26,352 bases of DNA from Hyphomicrobiales bacterium (GTDB lineage: Bacteria > Pseudomonadota > Alphaproteobacteria > Rhizobiales > OSC116): NCBI GenBank assembly GCA_013214985.1, contig JABSRY010000001.1:1-26352 (forward strand), written 5' to 3'. Shown here one piece after another: positions 14,990 to 23,024 of this stretch (its first letter is position 1; every line of letters begins with the position of its first letter). Both the position numbers and the translations under genes were made by a program. Under the pieces are notes generated by a model, which was not told the origin of the DNA, searched no databases, and saw only the letters and a program-made list of their open reading frames with translations.

Positions 14990-15645
14990 GCCGCCACCTC
15001 TTTAACTTCTGGCACACCCATTACTTGATTGAGGTTCTGATCCCAAACCATTTTGCAACGCTGTATTTTTGGCTCTAATGGTCCAGTATCATTAATCAAC
15101 CAATAACGGGTTAGTTGCTTATTGCCATGGGGTTCGATAATTTTTAAATATCCAGCCTTATAAAGTGCTGTTAAATATCTTTTAACAGTCGATAATTCAA
15201 CCCCATCTTGCTTAACAAACTGCCTAACACCATCAACAATTACCTCAATTTCCTTTGGTACAACTGCTTCAATATCACGAGCATTAAACTTTTTTTCTAC
15301 CCGCATAGCAAACCACATTTGACTATTTAAAGTCGGTAGACTTTCACTACCATCACGCCTAAGCCTAGGCGCAATCATAACCGCTTTTAAAACTATAAAA
15401 TGATGCTGCATTTTACCCGTTGGCATTTTTTCACGTCTAATAATCTTTATATATTTAGCCTTCGTCAAGCGTTTCACATAATCATAAACCGAGGCGCTAT
15501 GATGTTTCGTGCGCCGATAAACTTCGTTCATCGTAAAACTCTGCTCATTCGCACCAAGCACCTTAATAATATCCCAATAAGCTTGGTGGCCACGCTTGGT
15601 TTTAAATTTTACTTGGTGGAATAAATCAATAGGAAGTTGTGACAT
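14986..15645 (-). CDS. Tandem winged-helix protein downstream of B
   Basis: Two repeats of 'W..(I/M)R....F....' and 'V..Y(V/L)..L.KA.Y(I/L)KII'; likely start MSQL just after the B stop. Confidence 0.7.
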   Translation of the reverse strand: MSQLPIDLFHQVKFKTKRGHQAYWDIIKVLGANEQSFTMNEVYRRTKHHSASVYDYVKRLTKAKYIKIIRREKMPTGKMQHHFIVLKAVMIAPRLRRDGSESLPTLNSQMWFAMRVEKKFNARDIEAVVPKEIEVIVDGVRQFVKQDGVELSTVKRYLTALYKAGYLKIIEPHGNKQLTRYWLINDTGPLEPKIQRCKMVWDQNLNQVMGVPEVKEVAA

Positions 15646-15646
15646 A

Positions 15647-16378
15647 TCAAGCTTTCCCCCCATTTGGCGCATAGCTATTGTTAAACCCGCCCTTCGCTTT
15701 AAATATAGCAAGGTCGATTTCCTTTAAATCTAGCCCTGTGCAAACATCACAAGCGGCATATATGTCCGCCATAACGTAACGAATAATACCTTTATTATGA
15801 CTGTTTAATTTTTCAATTAAATCCTTGGAAAAAGTTAATTCAGGCGCAAACTTCTCAACCAAAAGTTTTATATCTTCATTGCTAGCACGCTCGGCAACTT
15901 GCCATTTTAACACCCGATTATGCACCCGCTCTAATGAACGTATGTTCGATGGTAATTGACCTTCACCCAATAATATTATGGGGCAATTAGTCGCGTCACT
16001 AATCTCACGAATAAGCTCAATCTTTGGCACTTTCGCGCCATCGATTAAATAATCCGCTTCATCAATAATAATAGGGCGAATTTTCTGCTTTAATTCAAAT
16101 ATAATTCGAGCAACGCCATCAGGCACTGATCGAATGGAACTAATATGAAATTCTTTTGCCAAATTCTCAATCAATGTGCGCTTTGTCCAACTGCCACCAA
16201 CCGCTATATATTTAGCCTGATGTGCACTCATCGCCCAAATAGCCGAAGTGGTTTTACCAACACCAGACGCACCATAAAAACACGCAATAGAAGGTAAGCT
16301 ATCATCCGCATTCATCATATGCGTCATTAGATTGTTGAAGTTTTGAACATTGGTAATATGTGCGAAATTACTAGACAT
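15647..16378 (-). CDS. MuB-like DNA transposition ATPase (AAA+)
   Basis: Walker A GASGVGKT, Walker B IIIDEAD, 'PIILLGE', arginine finger region 'ERVHNRV'. Confidence 0.93.
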   Translation of the reverse strand: MSSNFAHITNVQNFNNLMTHMMNADDSLPSIACFYGASGVGKTTSAIWAMSAHQAKYIAVGGSWTKRTLIENLAKEFHISSIRSVPDGVARIIFELKQKIRPIIIDEADYLIDGAKVPKIELIREISDATNCPIILLGEGQLPSNIRSLERVHNRVLKWQVAERASNEDIKLLVEKFAPELTFSKDLIEKLNSHNKGIIRYVMADIYAACDVCTGLDLKEIDLAIFKAKGGFNNSYAPNGGKA

Positions 16379-16907
16379 TTTTACCTCCCAATTCTTTATT
16401 CAAAACATGAGCAGAACCCTTGCTTTTAAACCAATCGGCACAATATTTATTGAGCTCAACTTCACTAACACTCAGCTTTAAATAATCCGCATGAAATTTA
16501 CCGTTTAAGTCCCTCATAAATGAGCGGTATAAATCGCACATAATACGCTCGACTTTGCCAGTAAGATTATGGCGGTAGTAATTGTGATGGGATGACTCAA
16601 TGCCAAGTGTTGCAAGATGATTTCGAAACATCTTCGTTCCAAACTGAAGGCCGCTATCCATCATTATTTCATCAGGAAAATAACCCCAACAATTAATGCC
16701 TTCACCGATCATTCCTAAACCTGCGACATCAATTTCAACATCAAGGCGACTGAATAAAGGTAATGCCTCGTTATCATCTTCATTAAAAATTACAAACAAA
16801 CGTAACCTTCTATCCTTAGTGGCAATTAACACCCCACTACAGTCTAATTGCCATCGCCGCTTGACATTTGTGTCGCGCTCTGGCATTTTTTCATTATTTT
16901 TAGTCAT
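16371..16907 (-). CDS. Stand-alone DDE (integrase-core) domain protein, paralog of the adjacent transposase core
   Basis: WQLD...WGYFPDEIMMDSGLQF...GKVER: D(61)D(35)E; no DNA-binding domains; GAGG SD 6 nt before MTKNN; overlaps the B start. Confidence 0.8.
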   Translation of the reverse strand: MTKNNEKMPERDTNVKRRWQLDCSGVLIATKDRRLRLFVIFNEDDNEALPLFSRLDVEIDVAGLGMIGEGINCWGYFPDEIMMDSGLQFGTKMFRNHLATLGIESSHHNYYRHNLTGKVERIMCDLYRSFMRDLNGKFHADYLKLSVSEVELNKYCADWFKSKGSAHVLNKELGGKNV

Positions 16908-16941
16908 ATTGAACCTCAATCTTGACCTAATTAAAATTACC

Positions 16942-16971
16942 GATCATTGGATGCTTGAACATTCAATGATC
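16942..16971 (+). terminator. Stem-loop between A and the DDE-core gene; T-rich tail on the + (antisense) strand
   Basis: GATCATTGGATG-CTTGAA-CATTCAATGATC (12 bp with one G-U on + strand) followed by ACTTATTTTTT. Confidence 0.4.
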
Positions 16972-17003
16972 ACTTATTTTTACGCAGTACAAATTCTCTT
17001 AAG

Positions 17004-19193
17004 CTAGCTGTCATTAGCCGCTTTAATCGCTTCTTCCATTATCTTCTCAGATATATAATTGGCATTTTTCACATAGCCGTCAGCCCAGCGCTTATCTGCA
17101 GATAAAACATCATTACCAGCCTTAATATTGGCTAATATTTTATTGCATTTTATATAGGCATTAGCTCGCTGGATATGCTCAGGCTCAACTACCACCACTT
17201 TAGGATGCTGCACAATCTCAACTTCAACTTTATGCTTCTCAACCGTTTTATAACCGCCCAAAGCATCACCCGCCGCATCCAGCGCATCCGTGGTATAATC
17301 AACCTCGCGTTTAGGCAGCCTTGTAACATTATTAGCCTCTTTTACGGCTTCCGCCATAATACCCTCAACCAAATCACTAGGTTTGGCTTTGCGCGCTTGC
17401 GATTTAATATCTGCTAATGCCCTTCTATGCTGCTCTTTTTGGTCTTTTTGCTTGGCTTTAATCATTGCCCGTGGGTTTACTTTGCTAAGTGCAGGACACT
17501 CAGCCATGCTAATAAAACGCTTTTTATCTTCATCAAATAAATAAATAATGCCCAAATCATCAGGCGAATGCACCACATAAACCCTTGAATGAACTTCAAC
17601 CTCTGATGACCAGTAAAATTCTTTATCAATTCGGACACCGTGCTTAGTAAATGTCCGCACACCAGCAGTTGGTGCAAATAACAAATCAAGCGCGGCAATA
17701 TCTTTTATTTTTTTCAATTCTTTTGTGCAAGTATCTTGCTTCCCAAAAGGTGACATACCATTCATGCCAATGCCGCCATGCTCCCTACGGCCATACTTAA
17801 ATTCTGCCCATTGAGTACAATATTCTTGTAGCTTCTCAGGGGTGGTTTCTATGCAAAATAACTTCTCATTTTTTGTGCCCAATCTATTGGCAAAACTCTT
17901 TCTGGCTTCAATCTTTTTTCGGTCAGCAACACTATGCCCAATAAATCCTGGTATCATGCTCATAAGTTCATGGTTTATGGTTTTAATAACCCGCTCAACT
18001 GTACCCTTTTGCTCTGGGCTATAAGCGGTACATCGATGATGCACAATATTCAAATCTTTTAATGCGGTTATATAACGTAACGACACAAAATCACTACCAT
18101 TGTCGGTGGATATTTCTTCTGGAATACCCCATAATAATATTGCCATACGCGTAAGCGCTAATACCGCCTCAGTTTTCGGTGTTTTACTAATATAAATAAT
18201 CAAACGGCGGCTAAATACGTCAATCAATGCATATAATGTATAGCGCCCGTCTGTGGTTAATATATCAGTTGGCGAGGCATCAACTTCCCATTTTTGATTA
18301 AATCGCACCACATGAGCATTCATATTATTGCCAACAAGTTTTATATGATTTTTATAACCATCTGGGTCTAGCTCCATCATAAACGCATTTTCATATTCAG
18401 CCATAAAGCCGTTAAAAAACCGCGTTAAAGTGCGCTTATGTGGCATCTTGACCATCTTGCCGTTAAACTCAATTTCTGATCCGAATTGTAGGGTGATAGC
18501 CTCAAGCATTTGTTGCATACTAATTTGTGGCTTATTTAAATAATGAGCGCCGATTTGTATCTTAATTTTACCGCCTAATGCATTCTCAAAAAAGCCAGTA
18601 CCTTTACGTCCACCGCCTCGGCTGGCAAGGTTGCCAATTTTGTAAGAATTACGGTCTTTTAACCACCTATTTAAACTCGGTTTAGAGATGGATTTAATAC
18701 AGGCATGTTGAATACATTCAAAATTAGATTGCCCGCTATTATACATAAATATAAACGCTTTATCAGCGCGAGATTTTAAGCCTTTATGTTGGTTTCTGAA
18801 AATCTCCCAACAGCGTAAAATATCTAATTTTGCATCACGTTCTATAACTTCCTTGCTGTCCAAAATTCGGCTATTATCAATGTAAATAATTTCCTTTTCA
18901 GCCGCTTTTTTTGCGGTAGTTTCTTGTAGATATTCTGAGTTTTCATTAAGTACATTTTTAAATTGACGCACAATAAAATCATTCTGTGCAACTTCGGGAA
19001 AAACCGAAGGATTATATTCCCATCCACCACCCTTGCCAGAGCGTGGGCGAGCTAAATCTTCACCCTTGGATTGCCAGTTTTCGCGCTTGGCAAATTTATT
19101 TAAATGGCTCTTATCATTTGGCAAGCCTCTCAATTCCATATCAGCAATTTCTTGAGGTGTATAAAACACATTTTTAGGGATTAAATTGCTCAT
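17004..19193 (-). CDS. MuA-like DDE transposase
   Basis: N-terminal Mu-type wHTH ('EIA.....GLP......K.A.RE.W......RSGKGGGWEY'), triad WEVD / STDNG / KGTVER = D(58)D(35)E, C-terminal Mu-transposase barrel region. Confidence 0.96.
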   Translation of the reverse strand: MSNLIPKNVFYTPQEIADMELRGLPNDKSHLNKFAKRENWQSKGEDLARPRSGKGGGWEYNPSVFPEVAQNDFIVRQFKNVLNENSEYLQETTAKKAAEKEIIYIDNSRILDSKEVIERDAKLDILRCWEIFRNQHKGLKSRADKAFIFMYNSGQSNFECIQHACIKSISKPSLNRWLKDRNSYKIGNLASRGGGRKGTGFFENALGGKIKIQIGAHYLNKPQISMQQMLEAITLQFGSEIEFNGKMVKMPHKRTLTRFFNGFMAEYENAFMMELDPDGYKNHIKLVGNNMNAHVVRFNQKWEVDASPTDILTTDGRYTLYALIDVFSRRLIIYISKTPKTEAVLALTRMAILLWGIPEEISTDNGSDFVSLRYITALKDLNIVHHRCTAYSPEQKGTVERVIKTINHELMSMIPGFIGHSVADRKKIEARKSFANRLGTKNEKLFCIETTPEKLQEYCTQWAEFKYGRREHGGIGMNGMSPFGKQDTCTKELKKIKDIAALDLLFAPTAGVRTFTKHGVRIDKEFYWSSEVEVHSRVYVVHSPDDLGIIYLFDEDKKRFISMAECPALSKVNPRAMIKAKQKDQKEQHRRALADIKSQARKAKPSDLVEGIMAEAVKEANNVTRLPKREVDYTTDALDAAGDALGGYKTVEKHKVEVEIVQHPKVVVVEPEHIQRANAYIKCNKILANIKAGNDVLSADKRWADGYVKNANYISEKIMEEAIKAANDS

Positions 19194-19669
19194 ACGTCAA
19201 ATCCCCTCATACTTGCTATATGCTTATATTTTGCCTTATGATGTTTTTCCTGTTCAGCCAATTCAGCAGCTTTTTCTCTGATTTGCACCGATTTAATTAA
19301 ATGGCTAAACATCCCATCCACAACAATGCATTTAAACCCGTCCGCAAGTAATGATAATATCCGAATATCACCCGTCACTTGCATAAATGCTTCAAGCCTA
19401 GCCAAGCTAATCATATGACTTGGCCGCGTCTCAGCAGCATAAGCATCAAGCATGTTTTTAGAGAATGTCTCATTTAAAATAACGCTCATTTGTTCAGCAA
19501 TCTCTTCTCGGTTTAAAGGGCATTCAGACAAAGTTAAAGCAATCGCCTTGGCATATTTAGCACTGGCATCATGGGCTTTAACCGCCTGTTTCTCATATTC
19601 TTTGGTAATTTTGGCGGGCTGCCAACTTAGCAAATCACCCGTCAAATCATCCTTCTTCATCCGCGCCAT
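19190..19669 (-). CDS. Conserved transposable-phage protein upstream of A (putative DNA-binding)
   Basis: 'REEIAE.MS..L....SK.MLDAYAA.....H.ISL.RL.AF..VTGD'; AAGGAG SD before MARM. Confidence 0.7.
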   Translation of the reverse strand: MARMKKDDLTGDLLSWQPAKITKEYEKQAVKAHDASAKYAKAIALTLSECPLNREEIAEQMSVILNETFSKNMLDAYAAETRPSHMISLARLEAFMQVTGDIRILSLLADGFKCIVVDGMFSHLIKSVQIREKAAELAEQEKHHKAKYKHIASMRGFDV

Positions 19670-19705
19670 ACACAAAACTCCTTGGCTAAATGAATTGATT
19701 ATTTA

Positions 19706-20230
19706 TTAGGGCATTTCCCCTGTGATTAAATATTTACGCCATTCGCTACTAAGAGTTTGGCCAGATTGTTTGGCCAACGTTGCAAATTTTGTAACGCATT
19801 CATCAATAATTTTAATACGCATTTTTTCGAAATATGGATGCCCAGTGTTGGACTTCGAAATCATGCTATAAGAAGGCTTTTCTTTGCCGTTAAAACTTAC
19901 TGATATTTCGTCAGTATTCTGACTACAACGAATGAGGAAATGAATAGTGGGAACATGACCAAAATAGTGATCGAATGCGCTAGTATGTATTAACTTCTTT
20001 AATGCAATTATCGAATTTTCGGCGAAAACACCTATACTAGATCGGAATGAACCATGACATACTTGTATAAAAAACAATTCACCACATTCATGTGCATCAA
20101 GTAAGTAACCACCACATACAGGGCAATATACCCCATCAACATTACAAGGTTTTTCACAAACATGAAAAACTATTTGAGAGCGTGGTTCATTACAATAAAG
20201 ACAATTCGCATTTTTAAAAGACTTATTCAT
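19706..20230 (-). CDS. Hypothetical protein with Cys/His-rich N-terminus
   Basis: CLYC, HVC, CPVC, HEC in the first 50 aa; ATGA overlap with upstream ORF. Confidence 0.65.
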   Translation of the reverse strand: MNKSFKNANCLYCNEPRSQIVFHVCEKPCNVDGVYCPVCGGYLLDAHECGELFFIQVCHGSFRSSIGVFAENSIIALKKLIHTSAFDHYFGHVPTIHFLIRCSQNTDEISVSFNGKEKPSYSMISKSNTGHPYFEKMRIKIIDECVTKFATLAKQSGQTLSSEWRKYLITGEMP

Positions 20231-20430
20231 GCCACTTCTCCTAATGCTGACACCGTCACTATTTTAACAGCTTCAAGTCCGTTCCGTTTAACCGATACCT
20301 CAGCACTTATACGGCTGTTATAAAGTCTTGCCATCGCCAAATAATTTGTAAATGTTACTTTACCTCCACCAAAAGCCGCTGACGCAAACAACAAACCATT
20401 ACTATTTTTAATGCAATAACAATTGTTCAT
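20227..20430 (-). CDS. Hypothetical protein
   Basis: 67-aa ORF coupled by ATGA overlaps to ner and the next gene; GGAG SD. Confidence 0.65.
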   Translation of the reverse strand: MNNCYCIKNSNGLLFASAAFGGGKVTFTNYLAMARLYNSRISAEVSVKRNGLEAVKIVTVSALGEVA

Positions 20431-20720
20431 GCCGCTTCTCCTATTTTACTAGACCCAAGCATAATATTTCTGTTAGGGTAGTTTTGTTGAACACGGCGCA
20501 TGCCATTAGGATGATAGCGATCAGGCCAAATCTCACACAAAGGTATTTTAAGCCAACTGGCTAATGCCTTGTCTGCTTTAGGGAATGGTCTATCAAAAGA
20601 GACAGAAATGTCATAAAGATTTAATCCTAATTCTTTTTCAAGCGCGATGGCGGTATAGCCTTGCTCTTTGATTTCCGCCAATATTCTATGGCGTGACCAT
20701 GTTCGATTTATAACAGGCAT
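20427..20720 (-). CDS. ner: Ner-like DNA-binding protein (Ner/SfsB family)
   Basis: 'W.RH.I.A.IK..G', 'RP.PKA...LA..L......IWP.RY'; divergent from the repressor. Confidence 0.92.
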   Translation of the reverse strand: MPVINRTWSRHRILAEIKEQGYTAIALEKELGLNLYDISVSFDRPFPKADKALASWLKIPLCEIWPDRYHPNGMRRVQQNYPNRNIMLGSSKIGEAA

Positions 20721-20796
20721 ATTAGCTCCAATTTACAACAGTGTTTCGATCACTGTTTTTTGTTAATCTGTCTATTCGGTAAACTGAATAAAACAT

Positions 20797-20855
20797 AATT
20801 AGGGGTTTTTGTAAATACCTAATTAGGTTTTTGTGTATAATTAAGGGTTTTATGT
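20797..20855. promoter_or_regulatory. Immunity operator region: three AATTA-purine-TTTT-TGT repeats, 12-bp palindrome and TATAAT
   Basis: AATTAGGGGTTTTTGT (20797), AATTAGGTTTTTGT (20821), AATTAAGGGTTTTATGT (20839); ACCTAATTAGGT 20817-20828; TATAAT 20836-20841. Confidence 0.55.
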
Positions 20856-21286
20856 CTTATTCGGAGTTTAAAGACCGCTTGAAAATGGTGGTTAAAAAAA
20901 ATGGCGGAAATAAATATATAGCCACCAAGGCGGGTATGCCATTAGGAACGCTAAGTAAATATGTTACGGGAATATCAGAACCTACACTTTCGAACCTCCG
21001 CTTATTAGCTGATACATGCGAGGTCTCTATTGATTGGCTTGTTTATGGAGGTGATATGAATGAAGCGACACGACCAATCGTTAACCAAACACCCTTAGAT
21101 AAAAAAACTTTAGCTGATGCAATCGAAGTGCTAGAAACAGCATTAAATGAAAATGGTAGTACATTACCACCTAAACCAAAAGCAGAAGCCTTGATGTTAG
21201 CTTATGAAATATTATTAGAAGATGAAGATGGTAGCGACAGTAATAAAAGTACTGACTTTAAGAGCTTTTTAAAATTAGTCAGCTAA
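20852..21286 (+). CDS. Prophage repressor (XRE HTH, no S24 peptidase domain)
   Basis: 'IATKAGMPLGTLSKYVTG.SEP.L..L..LA....VS.DWL..G'; divergent from ner at the left end. Confidence 0.88.
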   Translation: MSYSEFKDRLKMVVKKNGGNKYIATKAGMPLGTLSKYVTGISEPTLSNLRLLADTCEVSIDWLVYGGDMNEATRPIVNQTPLDKKTLADAIEVLETALNENGSTLPPKPKAEALMLAYEILLEDEDGSDSNKSTDFKSFLKLVS

Positions 21287-21323
21287 TTTTTCTATGTATT
21301 TAATTTTAAAAGGAGATATTTCA

Positions 21324-21677
21324 TTGGATGAAAAGCAGAGCAAACTTAAAAATATTTTAAATAAAAATGAGGATTTTGAAGAAAAAGACACTAAGAACAC
21401 CAATGCATTGGTTCAAAATTTCACAAACAATAAAAACGTAACAGTAGTTGATAGCATTATTGTTAATACATTTAATCATGCAAGCGAGAAAGACAAAACT
21501 AGAAAGCCTTTACGCGAAAACAAGCTAATATTTTTAATAGAAAATGAACTTAAAAACATCAACAATACTATTGAAAAACTAACCCTCTGGGTGTTAGGTG
21601 TTGAGCTTAGTGTTTTAGATGGACTAACTGATACAGAATTACAAAAATTACACGATTTCTTAAAACACAATAGGTAA
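21324..21677 (+). CDS. AT-rich hypothetical protein co-oriented with the repressor
   Basis: GGAG 8 nt before an in-frame TTG; Asn/Lys-rich N-half, helical C-terminus. Confidence 0.65.
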   Translation: MDEKQSKLKNILNKNEDFEEKDTKNTNALVQNFTNNKNVTVVDSIIVNTFNHASEKDKTRKPLRENKLIFLIENELKNINNTIEKLTLWVLGVELSVLDGLTDTELQKLHDFLKHNR

Positions 21678-21702
21678 CTAACTGTTTTGTAACATAAAAT
21701 TA

Positions 21703-21753
21703 AACTGGGGCAAAAACAAAAAAACGCCCCAGTTATGCCCCAGTTCTTTTTTT
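21703..21753 (+). terminator. Intrinsic terminator of the repressor operon with a duplicated 3' arm
   Basis: AACTGGGGC (21703-21711) is complementary to GCCCCAGTT at both 21726-21734 and 21737-21745, followed by C and 7 T. Confidence 0.6.
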
Positions 21754-21804
21754 ATAAATTTCTTTTAAAACCGCTATAAACGCCTATTTAAAAGCCTTTA
21801 AAGC

Positions 21805-21999
21805 AGTATCACGCAAAACGCCTTTTTTATAAATTGGTCAATATTGGGCTGTTTTCTAGTATCAAGCAAAACGTCTAAGCTCTTTTTGGGATTTAAACTC
21901 AAAACTCGTAAAATCTTAGGGTTTTCGGGGTTCTTATCCCGATATATCCCGCATAATCCCACAATATCCCAGAATTATTTAGTATCAGTATAAGTGTCT
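21805..21999 (-). repeat. Three same-orientation 19-bp repeats, candidate transposase sites L3/L2/L1
   Basis: AGTATCACGCAAAACGCCT 21805-21823; AGTATCAAGCAAAACGTCT 21858-21876 (17/19 to the first); AGTATCAGTATAAGTGTCT 21981-21999 (13/19 to the second). Confidence 0.8.
21935..21970 (-). repeat. Four WATCCC hexamers at exact 10-bp period, candidate pac region
   Basis: TATCCC 21935, TATCCC 21945, AATCCC 21955, TATCCC 21965; 37-72 bp from the end. Confidence 0.75.
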
Positions 22000-22007
22000 C
22001 GTTACAG

Positions 22008-22876
22008 ATGGCGATTCACACCATTATGGGCGACAAAGTACAAATTTATAAGCGTCCCAACACGCCTTTCTGGCAATGTTCTACATTTTTACATGGCAAA
22101 AAAAGACGAGCCTCGACCAAAGAGGTGAGCTTATCTTTAGCAAAAGAGTTTGCTGAAGACTGGTATTTGGTTCTGCGCGGTAAACATCATCGTGGGGAAC
22201 TTAAAAATGAGAAACTCTTCTCATTTGCTGCCAAACAATTTACAAAAGAATATGATGTTATTACTCAAGGACAGCGAAGTTTAAAGTGGGTAAAGGGTCA
22301 CCATGACCGTTTACGGCTTCATTTGCTGCCGTTCTTTGGTGAACTTGGTTTGTCTGAAGTGTCAGCGGGTAAAGTTCAGGATTACCGCATATCCCGCATG
22401 GAAAGTGCGAAGGGCGGGAAACCTCCCGCTCGTAGTACTTTACATGACGAAACGGTCACCCTTCGACAAGTGCTAAAGACAGCCATGCGACATGGCTGGC
22501 TGAAACATTTACCCGATCTATCATCCCCCTATAACTCTCAGACGAAAATCTCGCATCGGGCTTGGTTTACGGCAAAAGAATATAAGCAGCTTTATGAAGC
22601 GACACGCAGACGTGCCAATAAGCCCAAAAACCCGTGCTTTAAGTGGAATGCTGAACAATTGCATGATTATGTGTTGTTTATGGCGAATACTGGATTACGT
22701 CCTGATGAGGCAAAATTATTGCAGTTCAGGGATGTTGAAATTGTGCATGATGAATCAACTGATGAAATCATACTGGAAATTGAAGTTCGCGGTAAAAGGG
22801 GCGTGGGGTTTTGCAAAAGCATGAACGGAGCTGTGCGTCCATTTGAGCGATTGCTTGAACGCTTACGTCTTGTTGT
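22008..22876 (+). pseudogene. Tyrosine recombinase/integrase, C-terminally truncated
   Basis: N-terminal arm-binding-like region, 'TGLRPDEA' (catalytic Arg) and 'RGKRG' present; no HxxR, H/W or Tyr motifs; the ORF runs into an IS6-like repeat at 22877 and stops at 22916. Confidence 0.88.
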
Positions 22877-23024
22877 GGCTCTGTCGCAAAAATTTTTGAA
22901 GGTTATTTTTTTGTAATTAAACACCAAGTTTTAGTGTCTATTTAACATAAAATTACTCTGAAATGCTTTTATGTTATTCTTTATTTCAAAATGCTAGGCA
23001 CTGAGAAAAATTTGCGACAGAACC
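22877..23024. mobile_element. 148-bp non-autonomous element (MITE-like) with IS6-family-type terminal inverted repeats
   Basis: GGCTCTGTCGCAAA 22877-22890 and TTTGCGACAGAACC 23011-23024 (13/14 complementary), similar to IS26 GGCACTGTTGCAAA and IS257/IS1216 GGTTCTGTTGCAAA; no transposase; no flanking duplication. Confidence 0.8.

Larger units (their letters stand above)
1..22006 (-). mobile_element. Mu-like transposable prophage, left part (left end at 22006; continues beyond position 1)
   Basis: Mu-type gene order c/ner/A/B/gam/gemA/Mor-C/lysis/gp25-30/I/T/gp35-36/G. The terminal 5'-TGTAACGAGACACTT resembles the Mu left end, and three repeated 19-bp end sites are present. Confidence 0.97.

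Noticed and set aside
103-20000. Many short + strand ORFs in the track (e.g. 663-893, 3016-3288, 7178-7477, 16696-17007)
   Set aside because: Antisense shadows of well-supported minus-strand genes; no motifs or RBS
21690-21702. 13-bp TAACATAAAATTA shared with 22943-22955
   Set aside because: Nearly all A/T; likely chance in AT-rich DNA
22008-22916. Tyrosine integrase as the prophage's own integrase
   Set aside because: Lies outside the TG...CA end, is truncated, and the phage has a DDE transposase
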